A stretch of 58,673 nucleotides of DNA, taken from Alphaproteobacteria bacterium. GTDB taxonomy: Bacteria > Pseudomonadota > Alphaproteobacteria > Bin95. A program made the translations under genes and the position numbers. The notes beneath the pieces are model-generated. The model was not told the origin of the DNA, ran no database searches, and worked only from the letters and a program-made list of their open reading frames with translations. Shown in pieces: positions 8,856 through 17,813 of the stretch (the first letter of the stretch is position 1; every line of letters begins with the position of its first letter). The DNA lies in NCBI GenBank assembly GCA_022826185.1, contig JAJDVH010000011.1, positions 1 through 58,673 of the forward strand. The letters run 5' to 3'.

Positions 8856-10402
8856 CAGGCGTCCTCGCCGCTATAGCGCGGAAAGATGCCTTCGGGCTTC
8901 GGCAGCGCGCTGCCGGGCCTGAGCCTTCCGGCTTCTCCGAATGCCGCGAAGTTGCGCGCCCCGGTCTCCACCGCGAGCTGGTCGAGGATACGGTTCGAAG
9001 CATCCGGCATGAACGGCAGGGTCGCCAGCGCGAGCCCCCTGATGGTTTCTGCGGCAATGAACAGCACCGTTTCCATGCGCCCCGGGTCGCTCTTGCGAAG
9101 GGCCCAGGGCTCCTCGCGGGCGATATAGGCGTTCGCGGCCCGGACGACGCGCCAGATATCTTCCAGCGCCTCGTGAAAGGCTTGCCGGTCCATCGCGCTC
9201 CGCAACGGCTCCAGCAAGCCGTCAATCTCGCCCAGCATCGTCTTGTCTGCGGTCGAGAAGGTCCCGGGCCCGGGCAGCTTGCCGCCGCAATTCCTGGCGA
9301 TCATGGACAGCGTCCGCTGCACCAGGTTGCCGTAATCGTTGGCAAGCTCGCCATTCATGCGCTGGACCATCGAACGATGCGAAAAGTCGCCATCGTTTCC
9401 GAACGGAACCTCGCGCAGCAGGAAATAGCGCAGCTGATCGAGACCGTAGCGTTCAATCAGATCGTAAGGGTCAATCACGTTCCCGAGCGACTTGGAGATT
9501 TTCTCGCCCTCGTTGGTCCACCAGCCATGGGCGAAAACCCGTTTCGGCGGCGCCAGCCCGGCAGCCATGAGGAAAGCCGGCCAATAGACAGCGTGGAACC
9601 GCACAATGTCCTTGCCGACCATATGGAAACCAGGCCAGTAGCGCTGGAAAGACGCCGACCCCGTCTCGGGATAGCCGACAGCGGTAATGTAGTTGGTCAG
9701 CGCGTCCAGCCAGACATACATGACATGGGCGTCGTCACCGGGAACCGGGATGCCCCAGTCGAATGTCGTGCGTGAGACCGAGAGGTCCTGAAGGCCGCCA
9801 CGGACGAAGCTGACGACCTCGTTGCGCCGGCTTTGCGGCCCCACAAAATCCGGATTGGCTTCGTAAAAGGCCAGCAGGCGGTCCTGCCAGGCCGAAAGGC
9901 GGAAGAAATAGCTTGGCTCCTCCACCCATTCGCACTCGGCCCCTGTGGGAGCGATCCGGGCGCCGTCGCCGCGCCGTGTGATTTCGGCCTCCGTGAAGAA
10001 CGCCTCGTCGCGCACCGAATACCAGCCGGCATACGTTCCCGGATAGATGTCGCCCGACGCCACAAGCGCTTGCCAGATGGCTTGGCTCGCAAGCGTGTGG
10101 CGATGTTCGGTGGTGCGGATGAAGTCGTCATGCGATGTGCGCAGCGTCTCCGCCAGGTCACGGAAATTCCCGGACATCCGATCGGTGAAGGGTTGCGGCG
10201 CCTCTCCCGCAGCCGAGGCGGCCTTCTCGACCTTCTGCCCATGCTCATCCGTGCCGGTCAGGAACCGGACATCGTAGCCGTCCAGCCGCTTGAAGCGCGC
10301 GAGCGCATCGCAAGCCAGCGTGGTGTACGCATGGCCGATATGCGGCGCATCGTTGACATAGTAAATCGGCGTCGTGATGTAGAACGGCGTGCCGTCACTC
10401 AT
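8855..10402 (-). CDS. metG: Methionine--tRNA ligase
   Basis: FYITTPIYYVN, HIGH, GTDEHG, YVWLDAL and KISKS motifs. Confidence 0.97.
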   Translation of the reverse strand: MSDGTPFYITTPIYYVNDAPHIGHAYTTLACDALARFKRLDGYDVRFLTGTDEHGQKVEKAASAAGEAPQPFTDRMSGNFRDLAETLRTSHDDFIRTTEHRHTLASQAIWQALVASGDIYPGTYAGWYSVRDEAFFTEAEITRRGDGARIAPTGAECEWVEEPSYFFRLSAWQDRLLAFYEANPDFVGPQSRRNEVVSFVRGGLQDLSVSRTTFDWGIPVPGDDAHVMYVWLDALTNYITAVGYPETGSASFQRYWPGFHMVGKDIVRFHAVYWPAFLMAAGLAPPKRVFAHGWWTNEGEKISKSLGNVIDPYDLIERYGLDQLRYFLLREVPFGNDGDFSHRSMVQRMNGELANDYGNLVQRTLSMIARNCGGKLPGPGTFSTADKTMLGEIDGLLEPLRSAMDRQAFHEALEDIWRVVRAANAYIAREEPWALRKSDPGRMETVLFIAAETIRGLALATLPFMPDASNRILDQLAVETGARNFAAFGEAGRLRPGSALPKPEGIFPRYSGEDA

Positions 10403-10462
10403 GGGGGGTGGACATCCGGGTCCCGGAACACGACCGGGTTGTCCCACTAATAATTGGGTGAA

Positions 10463-11476
10463 TCAAGCGCCGACGCCCTGCCCTCTGCCGGCGACCGTTC
10501 TGGCGAGCCCGCCAAATATCTCGAACACCACCTGGCGGCGATCGAGAGAAAGGGCGGTGCTGCGTTCCAGCAGGCGGGCAATGCCGGCCTCGGCCTCGAG
10601 CCATGCGGCGTCGGGTCCGGCGGTCCGCAGGCGTTCGGCGAGGCTCGCGGAGAGGATTCGCCCAAACGCCTGAAAATGGGCAGGTTCGCGGCTCTCCGTG
10701 ACTGCGCCGGCAACGCTGTCCAGCACTCCGCGGTCGATAACCGGAAGCGAGTCGAGCAAGGCATCGATTGCCTCCTTGAGCGCACGTCCACCGAGCTGCT
10801 CGAGTTCCAGAGCCGCACCGGGACTGCCGCCGGAAACAGCATAAAGGCGCTCGTACGCCTCCGCATCCAGTTGGGGCGCAAGTCCGCGAATTACCTCGTC
10901 GAATTCTCGCCGGGCAAGGGGCGTCAATCTCAGCATGCGGCAACGGGAACGCACGGTCGCCAGCAACAGGGACGGTCGATGCGCAACCAGCAAAATCAAC
11001 ACGTTGGGAGGTGGTTCCTCCAGCAATTTAAGGGCAGCGTTTTGCGCGTTCGGGTTCATGGAATCCGCCCCGTCGACGATCAGAACGCGCCAGGCTGCTT
11101 CCCCCGGCGTGAGATGCAGGAATCGAAACGCTTCGCGTATCGCATCCACGCGGATCTCGCCGCGTGCACCGGCCGGTTCGACCACCCGCAAGTCCGAGTG
11201 GCCGCCCGACGCAACGCGGCGGAAGACCGGATCGTCCGCTGGCAGATACAGTGGCGCCGTCTCCGTCTCCGGCAACAGAAATCCCGCTTGTCCGGCAAGG
11301 GCATAGCGGGCGAACCTGAATGCGAGGGTCGCCTTTCCGATGCCGCGCGGGCCAGCCAGAATCCAGGCGTGATGCAGCCGGCCGGCGGCAAAACCGGCTG
11401 CAAGCATCCGGCCGGCGGCAGAATGGCCAACCAGCCTTTCCTGCATTCTGGGCTCCGATAGCGCCTCGCCGGTCAT
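10463..11476 (-). CDS. holB: DNA polymerase III subunit delta'
   Basis: HAWILAGPRGIGKAT, AQNAALKLLEEPP and TVRSRC motifs; lies between tmk and metG. Confidence 0.92.
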   Translation of the reverse strand: MTGEALSEPRMQERLVGHSAAGRMLAAGFAAGRLHHAWILAGPRGIGKATLAFRFARYALAGQAGFLLPETETAPLYLPADDPVFRRVASGGHSDLRVVEPAGARGEIRVDAIREAFRFLHLTPGEAAWRVLIVDGADSMNPNAQNAALKLLEEPPPNVLILLVAHRPSLLLATVRSRCRMLRLTPLARREFDEVIRGLAPQLDAEAYERLYAVSGGSPGAALELEQLGGRALKEAIDALLDSLPVIDRGVLDSVAGAVTESREPAHFQAFGRILSASLAERLRTAGPDAAWLEAEAGIARLLERSTALSLDRRQVVFEIFGGLARTVAGRGQGVGA

Positions 11477-12093
11477 GACAGGTCGAAATGTCCCGCCACG
11501 ATGCGCCAGACAGCGGCTGCGACGCTGTCCGTGTCCCGTCCGGCATCGATGATCTTCACGCGCTGCGGTTCACGCCTCGCGATTTCAAGAAATCCTGCGC
11601 GTACACGGAGATGCAGGTCGTCGCTCATGGCTTCGTAACGGCTCTGTTGGCGTATTTGCGCTCTCGCCCGCCCGGTTTCCACCGGAATGTCCAGCAATAG
11701 TGTCAGGTCGGGCTGCAGGTCATCGATGGCGAGCCGGCGCAGCGCAGTCTCGTCATCCAGGGAGACGCCCTGCCCGTAACATTGGTACGCGACCGTGGAG
11801 TCGAAGAATCGATCGCACAGGACCCAAGTCCCGCCAGCCATCGCCGGTCGGATGAATTTCTCGACATGCTCCCGTCGCGCGGCGAAGTGCAGCATCGCTT
11901 CCGCCAGCGGGTCCCAGTCTGCCTCTCCCGAAACGAGCAACGTGCGGATGGCTTCCGCTCCCGCCGTGCCGCCCGGCTCGCGGGTGCAGAGGACCGGAAT
12001 ACCGAGCCCGTCCAGATCATCGGCAAGCCGGGCGATCTGGGTGGATTTGCCGGCCCCGTCGCCGCCCTCGAAGGTTATCAGCCTGCCTGTCAC
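11473..12093 (-). CDS. tmk: Thymidylate kinase
   Basis: ITFEGGDGAGKST, TREPGG and CDRFFDSTVAYQ motifs. GTG start overlaps the dacA stop. Confidence 0.95.
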   Translation of the reverse strand: MTGRLITFEGGDGAGKSTQIARLADDLDGLGIPVLCTREPGGTAGAEAIRTLLVSGEADWDPLAEAMLHFAARREHVEKFIRPAMAGGTWVLCDRFFDSTVAYQCYGQGVSLDDETALRRLAIDDLQPDLTLLLDIPVETGRARAQIRQQSRYEAMSDDLHLRVRAGFLEIARREPQRVKIIDAGRDTDSVAAAVWRIVAGHFDLS

Positions 12094-13220
12094 GCCGCAG
12101 AGTCGAAACCGAAAATCATGGCGCGCATCCTCTCGAAAATGCGGCCGAAGAAGCCGATCCGCTCGACACTCACTCCGGCGTAAAGCGGATGCGCGACCGG
12201 CTGGATACCGGGAGCCTCCAGATGCAGGGTTGCAAGTTCCTGACCCTCCGCAACCGGAGCGACAACCGGTCCCTTCCACCGGACGAAGGCCTTGAGGCCG
12301 CCGCGCGCCTGGCGTTTGATCGACAGCACTACATCACGGTCCGGCACCAGAGGCACATGATCGATGCTGCCGAGCCACACGGCCGCCGTCTCGACCGTCT
12401 CACCCTTCTTAAGCAGGGGGTAAGCTGCGAATTCCCGAAATCCCCACTCGATCAGCCGTTCCGACTCCCTGGCCCGTGCTCCCGAACTCTTCAGCCCGTT
12501 CAGCACCAGGTAGAGCCGCCGTCCGTTCCGTTCTGCGGAAGCCGTCAAGCCGTATCCTGATACATTCGTATGTCCGGTCTTCAATCCGTCAGCGCCAGGA
12601 ACCCTGCTGAGCAACGGGTTTCTGTTTCGTTGCTCGATTCCGTTGAACTTGAACTCCTTCTCCGCAAACATTTCGTAATAGACTGGAAAGTCCGTCACGA
12701 GAATCTGCGCAAGGTGTGCCAGGTCGCGCGCCGAGATCAGATGTTCCGGGTGCGGCCAACCGGTCGCATTTCGGAAGCTGCTGCTGGACAGGCCCAGTTC
12801 CCGCGCGCGCGCCGTCATCGCCTCTGCGAATGCTTCCTCGCTGCCGGAAATTCCCTCGGCAAGGACGATGGAGGCGTCGTTGCCGGACTGCACGATGACG
12901 CCGCGCAGCAGATCGGCAATCGATACGCGCGTGTTGACGCGCACGAACGTCTTGGAGCCACCCATCTTCCAGGCCTTGTGACTGACCGGAAAAGTGTGGT
13001 CCATCGAAAGTACGCCGGCTTTCAATCGCTCGAAAACCATCAGCACGGTCATGAGTTTGCTCATGGACGCCGGCGGCAGCGGCTCGTCCGCATTCTTCTC
13101 GAGCAGCACGGTCCCGGTCGTCCCGTCAATCAATATTGCGTTGGGGGCGATCGTCGTATCGGCCCGGGCGGTTTCGCCGAGGAGCGCGAGCCCCAGCATG
13201 GCGGAAATGAAGAACCGCAT
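12090..13220 (-). CDS. dacA: D-alanyl-D-alanine carboxypeptidase (PBP5/6 family)
   Basis: SxxK (ASMSK), SGN and KTG motifs, plus a signal peptide. Confidence 0.92.
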   Translation of the reverse strand: MRFFISAMLGLALLGETARADTTIAPNAILIDGTTGTVLLEKNADEPLPPASMSKLMTVLMVFERLKAGVLSMDHTFPVSHKAWKMGGSKTFVRVNTRVSIADLLRGVIVQSGNDASIVLAEGISGSEEAFAEAMTARARELGLSSSSFRNATGWPHPEHLISARDLAHLAQILVTDFPVYYEMFAEKEFKFNGIEQRNRNPLLSRVPGADGLKTGHTNVSGYGLTASAERNGRRLYLVLNGLKSSGARARESERLIEWGFREFAAYPLLKKGETVETAAVWLGSIDHVPLVPDRDVVLSIKRQARGGLKAFVRWKGPVVAPVAEGQELATLHLEAPGIQPVAHPLYAGVSVERIGFFGRIFERMRAMIFGFDSAA

Positions 13221-13231
13221 GAGATTGTCCC

Positions 13232-14092
13232 CTACCCGGTCGAACGGACCACGAAGGCGTCTCGCGGCCCCCGCGCCTGCACACGGGACTGCAACGCATC
13301 CGCCGACCGCCTGGTCGCTTCGGGCCCGATGCGGACACGGTGCAGGACCCTGCCATTCTTTGCCGTGCTGGTGTGAACCATCACCCTGTCGAAGTGCCGT
13401 CTCAGCCTTGTCACCATGGTCTCGGCATTCTTGCGGCTGCGAAACGTACCGGCCTGCACGTAGTACACGCCCGGCCGAGGACTGCCGCCTCCTACGAACT
13501 CCGCGATGAGCTGGTCTTGTTTCCGTGCGCCGCCGCCGTTCCTTGCAATCCGGGCGACCTTGCGGCTGAGTTCGGGCAACAGTTCGACCCTCACCCTGGT
13601 GATGCCCTTGTGGCGGAATCCCACCTTCTCCGCCGCGGCAAGCGAGAGGTCGATGATACGCTCATGCGCGTAGGGGCCGCGGTCGTTTATGCGCACGATC
13701 ACGCTTCGACTGTTTTCCAAATTGGTAACGCGCACGACGCTCGGCATAGGCAGGACCCGATGCGCCGCCGTCATGGCGTACATGTTGAAGACCTCGCCGT
13801 TAGCGGTCTGGCGACTATGGAACTTATGCCCGTACCACGACGCGACTCCGGTCTCGGAAAAGGTCTCGTATTCTTTCGGACGGTACCAGCGTTCGGCGAT
13901 CTTGTACGGCTCGCCGACCTTGTAGCTGCTTACATTGTAGGTCAGCGCACGGTAGGGAGATGCCGAGACGCCAAGGCGTCTGTCCACGACCTTTCCGCTC
14001 CGGTCGCCGGTCTTCGCCGTCCGCTTGACTGTTTCGGGCGAGCTGCAGGCGCAGACAGCAAGCGCCAGAAACAGTGCAAGAGCCCGGATCAT
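13232..14092 (-). CDS. rlpA: Septal ring lytic transglycosylase RlpA (lipoprotein with SPOR domain)
   Basis: Lipobox-like VCAC, ASWYG, TANGE, AAHRVLP, INDRGP and a C-terminal SPOR domain (YVQAGTF). Confidence 0.93.
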   Translation of the reverse strand: MIRALALFLALAVCACSSPETVKRTAKTGDRSGKVVDRRLGVSASPYRALTYNVSSYKVGEPYKIAERWYRPKEYETFSETGVASWYGHKFHSRQTANGEVFNMYAMTAAHRVLPMPSVVRVTNLENSRSVIVRINDRGPYAHERIIDLSLAAAEKVGFRHKGITRVRVELLPELSRKVARIARNGGGARKQDQLIAEFVGGGSPRPGVYYVQAGTFRSRKNAETMVTRLRRHFDRVMVHTSTAKNGRVLHRVRIGPEATRRSADALQSRVQARGPRDAFVVRSTG

Positions 14093-15102
14093 CGACGCTC
14101 TCCCACTCCGTCCGATAACAGCCCGACCGTGAGCGCATACAGGTTCGAGCAGTTGTAGCGCAACAGGCTTTCGTAGTTGCGATAGATTAGGAAGGCGTCA
14201 CCGGCGGAACCGTCGGGCATGACCAGCCTGGCGTCGAGCGCCACTGCCGGCAGCGCCGCGCCGGACAAGCGGCGCACTCCGGCGGCCTGCCAGTCGTCGA
14301 GACTGCGGGGCTTCGTGGTCCGCCGCAGGGCGCGGCAACCCTTCGCCTTGCCGGCAAGCATGGATTCGTAGCTCTGCCTTATCGCCTTAGGCACCCGTAC
14401 CCCACGCCCCCAAGTGCGCGCATCCGACCAGCCATGCAGCCGGAGATAGTTGGCAATTGAGGCGAAAACATCACCGAGATTATTCCAGATGTCGCGCCGC
14501 CCGTCGCCGTCGAAATCCTGAGCGAAAGCCAGGTAGCTCGACGGAATGAACTGGGGATGGCCCATCGCGCCGGCCCAGGACCCTTTCATGTCGGCAAGCC
14601 CGATATAGCCCTTGTCCACCATACGCAGCGCATCCAGCAGCTGGCCGCGGAAAAAGCGGGAACGGCGACGATCGAAGGCGAGCGTTGCCAGCGCCGCAAC
14701 TATTTCCGTATTCCCCTTGATCGCGCCGTAGCGGGTCTCAATGCCCCAGATTGCGACGATGAAGCGCGGCTGCACGCCGTACCGGTCCGATACGCGCCGC
14801 AGCAGGCCGGCATGTTCCGCCAACATCGCCCTGCCCCGTTCGATGTTCCGGGGTTTCAGCAGGCGCGCGCTATAGGTCTCGAAGGTCAGCTTGAACTCCG
14901 GCTGCTTGCGATCGCGGTTCAGGACCTTTTCGAGTGGCCGGAGCCCGGCCAGCGCGGCATCCAGCGTGGCCGGTGAAATCCCTTTCCCGGCCGCTTCGGC
15001 CCGGAAGTCCGCCAGCCACCTGGTGAAGTCATCGGCCTGCCCGCTACCTGCGGCGCAGACCATGGCGGTCAGCACCGCAACCGCAACAGCGACACGCCGC
15101 AT
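14089..15102 (-). CDS. Lytic murein transglycosylase (MltB family)
   Basis: QPEF, AIWGIETRYG, GSWAGAMGHPQFIPSSY, DFDGDGRRD and YNCSNLYA motifs. Confidence 0.92.
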   Translation of the reverse strand: MRRVAVAVAVLTAMVCAAGSGQADDFTRWLADFRAEAAGKGISPATLDAALAGLRPLEKVLNRDRKQPEFKLTFETYSARLLKPRNIERGRAMLAEHAGLLRRVSDRYGVQPRFIVAIWGIETRYGAIKGNTEIVAALATLAFDRRRSRFFRGQLLDALRMVDKGYIGLADMKGSWAGAMGHPQFIPSSYLAFAQDFDGDGRRDIWNNLGDVFASIANYLRLHGWSDARTWGRGVRVPKAIRQSYESMLAGKAKGCRALRRTTKPRSLDDWQAAGVRRLSGAALPAVALDARLVMPDGSAGDAFLIYRNYESLLRYNCSNLYALTVGLLSDGVGERR

Positions 15103-15309
15103 CGCCTTCCCCTTGCCTGTGGGCGCGGAAACCGGCGCCCGGACGACCTTCCTGCAACCATATCGAACGATTCTGGACCTGTCGCGCCAGTCCGTTCCTG
15201 CATTGGCCGGGTCGGGTCCGCCTCGGGACTCGCCGTGTCTTTCGGGCCGTTTCCGGTTGCGCCATGATGGGTGTTGCCGAGCAAAGGATCTCGGCATGGG
15301 AGAAGAACG

Positions 15310-16050
15310 ATGAAGCTTGCCGGCAAGACGGCGATCGTGACAGGAGGAGCCTGGGGCATGGGGGCGGTCACGGCCGAACTCCTTGCATCAGAAGGCGCGG
15401 ACGTTGTCGTCGCGGATATCCTGGAGGAAGAGGGGCAGGCCCAGGCGGAGAAGATTACCGCGGGCGGGGGCAAGGCATCCTTTCATCGTCTGGATGTGAC
15501 CGAAGATGCGGGATGGGCGGAACTGGCTGCCGCTCGGCCCGAGGCCGATATACTCGTCAACAATGCCGGCATCAGCGGCAGCGGCTACGCCGACCCCTTC
15601 GACCTCGACGCCTGGCACAGTCTGATGGCCATCAACGTCACCGGGGCGTTTCTCGGATGCCGCCATTTCGTGCCGAAGATGGCGGCTGCGGGCGGCGGCG
15701 TCATTGTCAATATTTCGTCGATCTCCGGCGTCGTCGGCCAGGACGTCGTCCATCACGGCTACAATGCTTCCAAGGGGGCGATCCGTGTATTGACGAAATC
15801 GGTGGCCGTGCGCCATGCGCCGGAGGGGATCAGGGCGAATTCGGTCCACCCCGGCCTGATGCCGCCGATGCGGACCTCCGGCGCCACCGCCGATCCCGTG
15901 GTGCGCGAGCGGATGCTGCGCCGGGTGCCAATGGGCCGCAACGGCCGCGCGGACGAGGTCGCAAAGGCGGTGCTCTTCCTCGCGTCTGACGACAGCAGCT
16001 ACTGCACTGGCGTGGAACTCTATGTGGACGGCGGTTTCCTCGCATCGTGA
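15310..16050 (+). CDS. Short-chain dehydrogenase/reductase
   Basis: TGGAWGMG, NNAG and YNASK motifs. Confidence 0.92.
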   Translation: MKLAGKTAIVTGGAWGMGAVTAELLASEGADVVVADILEEEGQAQAEKITAGGGKASFHRLDVTEDAGWAELAAARPEADILVNNAGISGSGYADPFDLDAWHSLMAINVTGAFLGCRHFVPKMAAAGGGVIVNISSISGVVGQDVVHHGYNASKGAIRVLTKSVAVRHAPEGIRANSVHPGLMPPMRTSGATADPVVRERMLRRVPMGRNGRADEVAKAVLFLASDDSSYCTGVELYVDGGFLAS

Positions 16051-16151
16051 CGTTCACCTGCCGGCACGGGAAGGAGCGCCTTTCCCGTGCCGGCGCCTCC
16101 ATTTCATTCCCCGACCGACGGTTCCCCGCCGAACGAAGGAAGCGACCAGCA

Positions 16152-17813
16152 ATGCCCTCCCCCTCCAACACGATCAGCGGCCGCAGCGCCTTTCTTGCCG
16201 TACTCAAGGATGAAGGAGTCACGCACCTCTTCGGCAATCCGGGCACAACGGAATTGCCGATCATGCATGCGCTGACCGAGCAGAGCGATCTCGGTTACGT
16301 GCTGGGCCTCCAGGAGTCAGTGGTCGTTGCGATGGCCGACGGCTTCGCACGCGCTTCCGGCAAGCTGGCGGCCTGCAACGTCCATGTCGCGCCGGGGCTG
16401 GGGAATGCCATCGGCGCGCTCTACACCGCGTCGCAGAGCGGCTCACCGATCATCGTGACCGCCGGACAGCAGGAACAGGGCCACGGGCTTACGGAGCCGC
16501 TTCTCTATGCTCCGCTTACCCCGATGGCGGAGCCTGTGGTCAAGTGGGCCGTGGAGGTCACCAGGATCGAGGATCTGCCGCGCATCCTCCGGCGCGCCGC
16601 CAAGGTGGCGACGACTCCTCCCACGGGACCGGTCTTCATTTCCCTGCCCGGAGACATCCTGAACCGCCATGAGGCCATCGATCTCGGACAGGTCACGCGG
16701 GTCGATTCCCGCATCCGCCCCTCCGACGAGGCGCTGGCGGGCATGGCGGACCGAATCGCCGCGGCGGCCAATCCGGTCGTGCTCGCCGGCCACGAGACGG
16801 CCACCGGCGATGCGCTGGATGCCGCAGCCCGGTTCGCCGAACTGCTGGGAGCGCCCGTCTATCAGCAAAGCGTGCCGCAGGGGGCGCATTTCCGTTCCGA
16901 ACACCCCTGCTTCATGGGCGCGCTCAGCCGAAGCCAGCCGCAGGTCCGGCGCCTGCTGGCGCCCCATGATCTGATAGTCAGCCTCGGAGCCGACTTCCTG
17001 CGGATGTCGGTCTGGAGCGAAACCGACCCGCTGCCGGAGCATATGGCCGTCATCCAGATCGGCCTGAGGGACTGGGAACTCGCCAAGAACTACCCGGCCG
17101 AAATAGCTGCGCTGAGCGATGTGCGCGAAACCCTGGCGGTCCTCAATCCGCTGCTGGAGGAAAGGCTGGGCGCCAGTCGGCAAGACCGGATAGCCGCGCT
17201 CGCCGGACATAATTGGACTGCGAACCGCAGCAAGGCGTTGAGGGCCGTGGCGGAGACGGTCGAGGACGCCGATCCGATTCCGCCGGCCTGGCTCTGCATG
17301 TGCCTGGCCGAGGAGTTGCCCGAAGACGGCATTGTTGTGGATGAAGGCATCACCACCGGAGCGCGCCTCCTGGATTTCCTGCCGTTTCGGGACGCAAACG
17401 GCTATTTCGGCAATGTCTCGGGCGGGATCGGCTGGGGCATCGCCGCCGCCGTCGGCGTGCAGATCGCGCAGCCCGCCCGGCGCACCGTCGCGCTTATCGG
17501 CGACGGCAGCGCCATGTATTCGATTCAGGCGCTCTGGACGGCCGCCAACGCGCTGCTGCCGGTTGTCTTCGTCATCGCCAATAACGGCGGTTACCGTATC
17601 CTGAAGGACCGGATGAAGGCCTTTCACGACAATGATGCGCCCATCGGCATGGATTTCCGCAACCCTTCCATCGACGCCGTGCGGCTTGCGGAAGGATTCG
17701 GCATGGCTGCGACCCGCGCGGAAAGCCCGGCCGCCTTCCGAAAGGCTTACAAGGAGGCCCTCGCCGGCTCCGGCCCTGTTCTGATCGAAGCCGTGGTCAG
17801 CGTCGGCGGCTGA
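16152..17813 (+). CDS. Thiamine pyrophosphate-dependent enzyme (benzoylformate decarboxylase-like)
   Basis: FGNPGTTELP, LQESVVVAMADG and the TPP motif GDGSAMY...NNGGY. Confidence 0.88.
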   Translation: MPSPSNTISGRSAFLAVLKDEGVTHLFGNPGTTELPIMHALTEQSDLGYVLGLQESVVVAMADGFARASGKLAACNVHVAPGLGNAIGALYTASQSGSPIIVTAGQQEQGHGLTEPLLYAPLTPMAEPVVKWAVEVTRIEDLPRILRRAAKVATTPPTGPVFISLPGDILNRHEAIDLGQVTRVDSRIRPSDEALAGMADRIAAAANPVVLAGHETATGDALDAAARFAELLGAPVYQQSVPQGAHFRSEHPCFMGALSRSQPQVRRLLAPHDLIVSLGADFLRMSVWSETDPLPEHMAVIQIGLRDWELAKNYPAEIAALSDVRETLAVLNPLLEERLGASRQDRIAALAGHNWTANRSKALRAVAETVEDADPIPPAWLCMCLAEELPEDGIVVDEGITTGARLLDFLPFRDANGYFGNVSGGIGWGIAAAVGVQIAQPARRTVALIGDGSAMYSIQALWTAANALLPVVFVIANNGGYRILKDRMKAFHDNDAPIGMDFRNPSIDAVRLAEGFGMAATRAESPAAFRKAYKEALAGSGPVLIEAVVSVGG

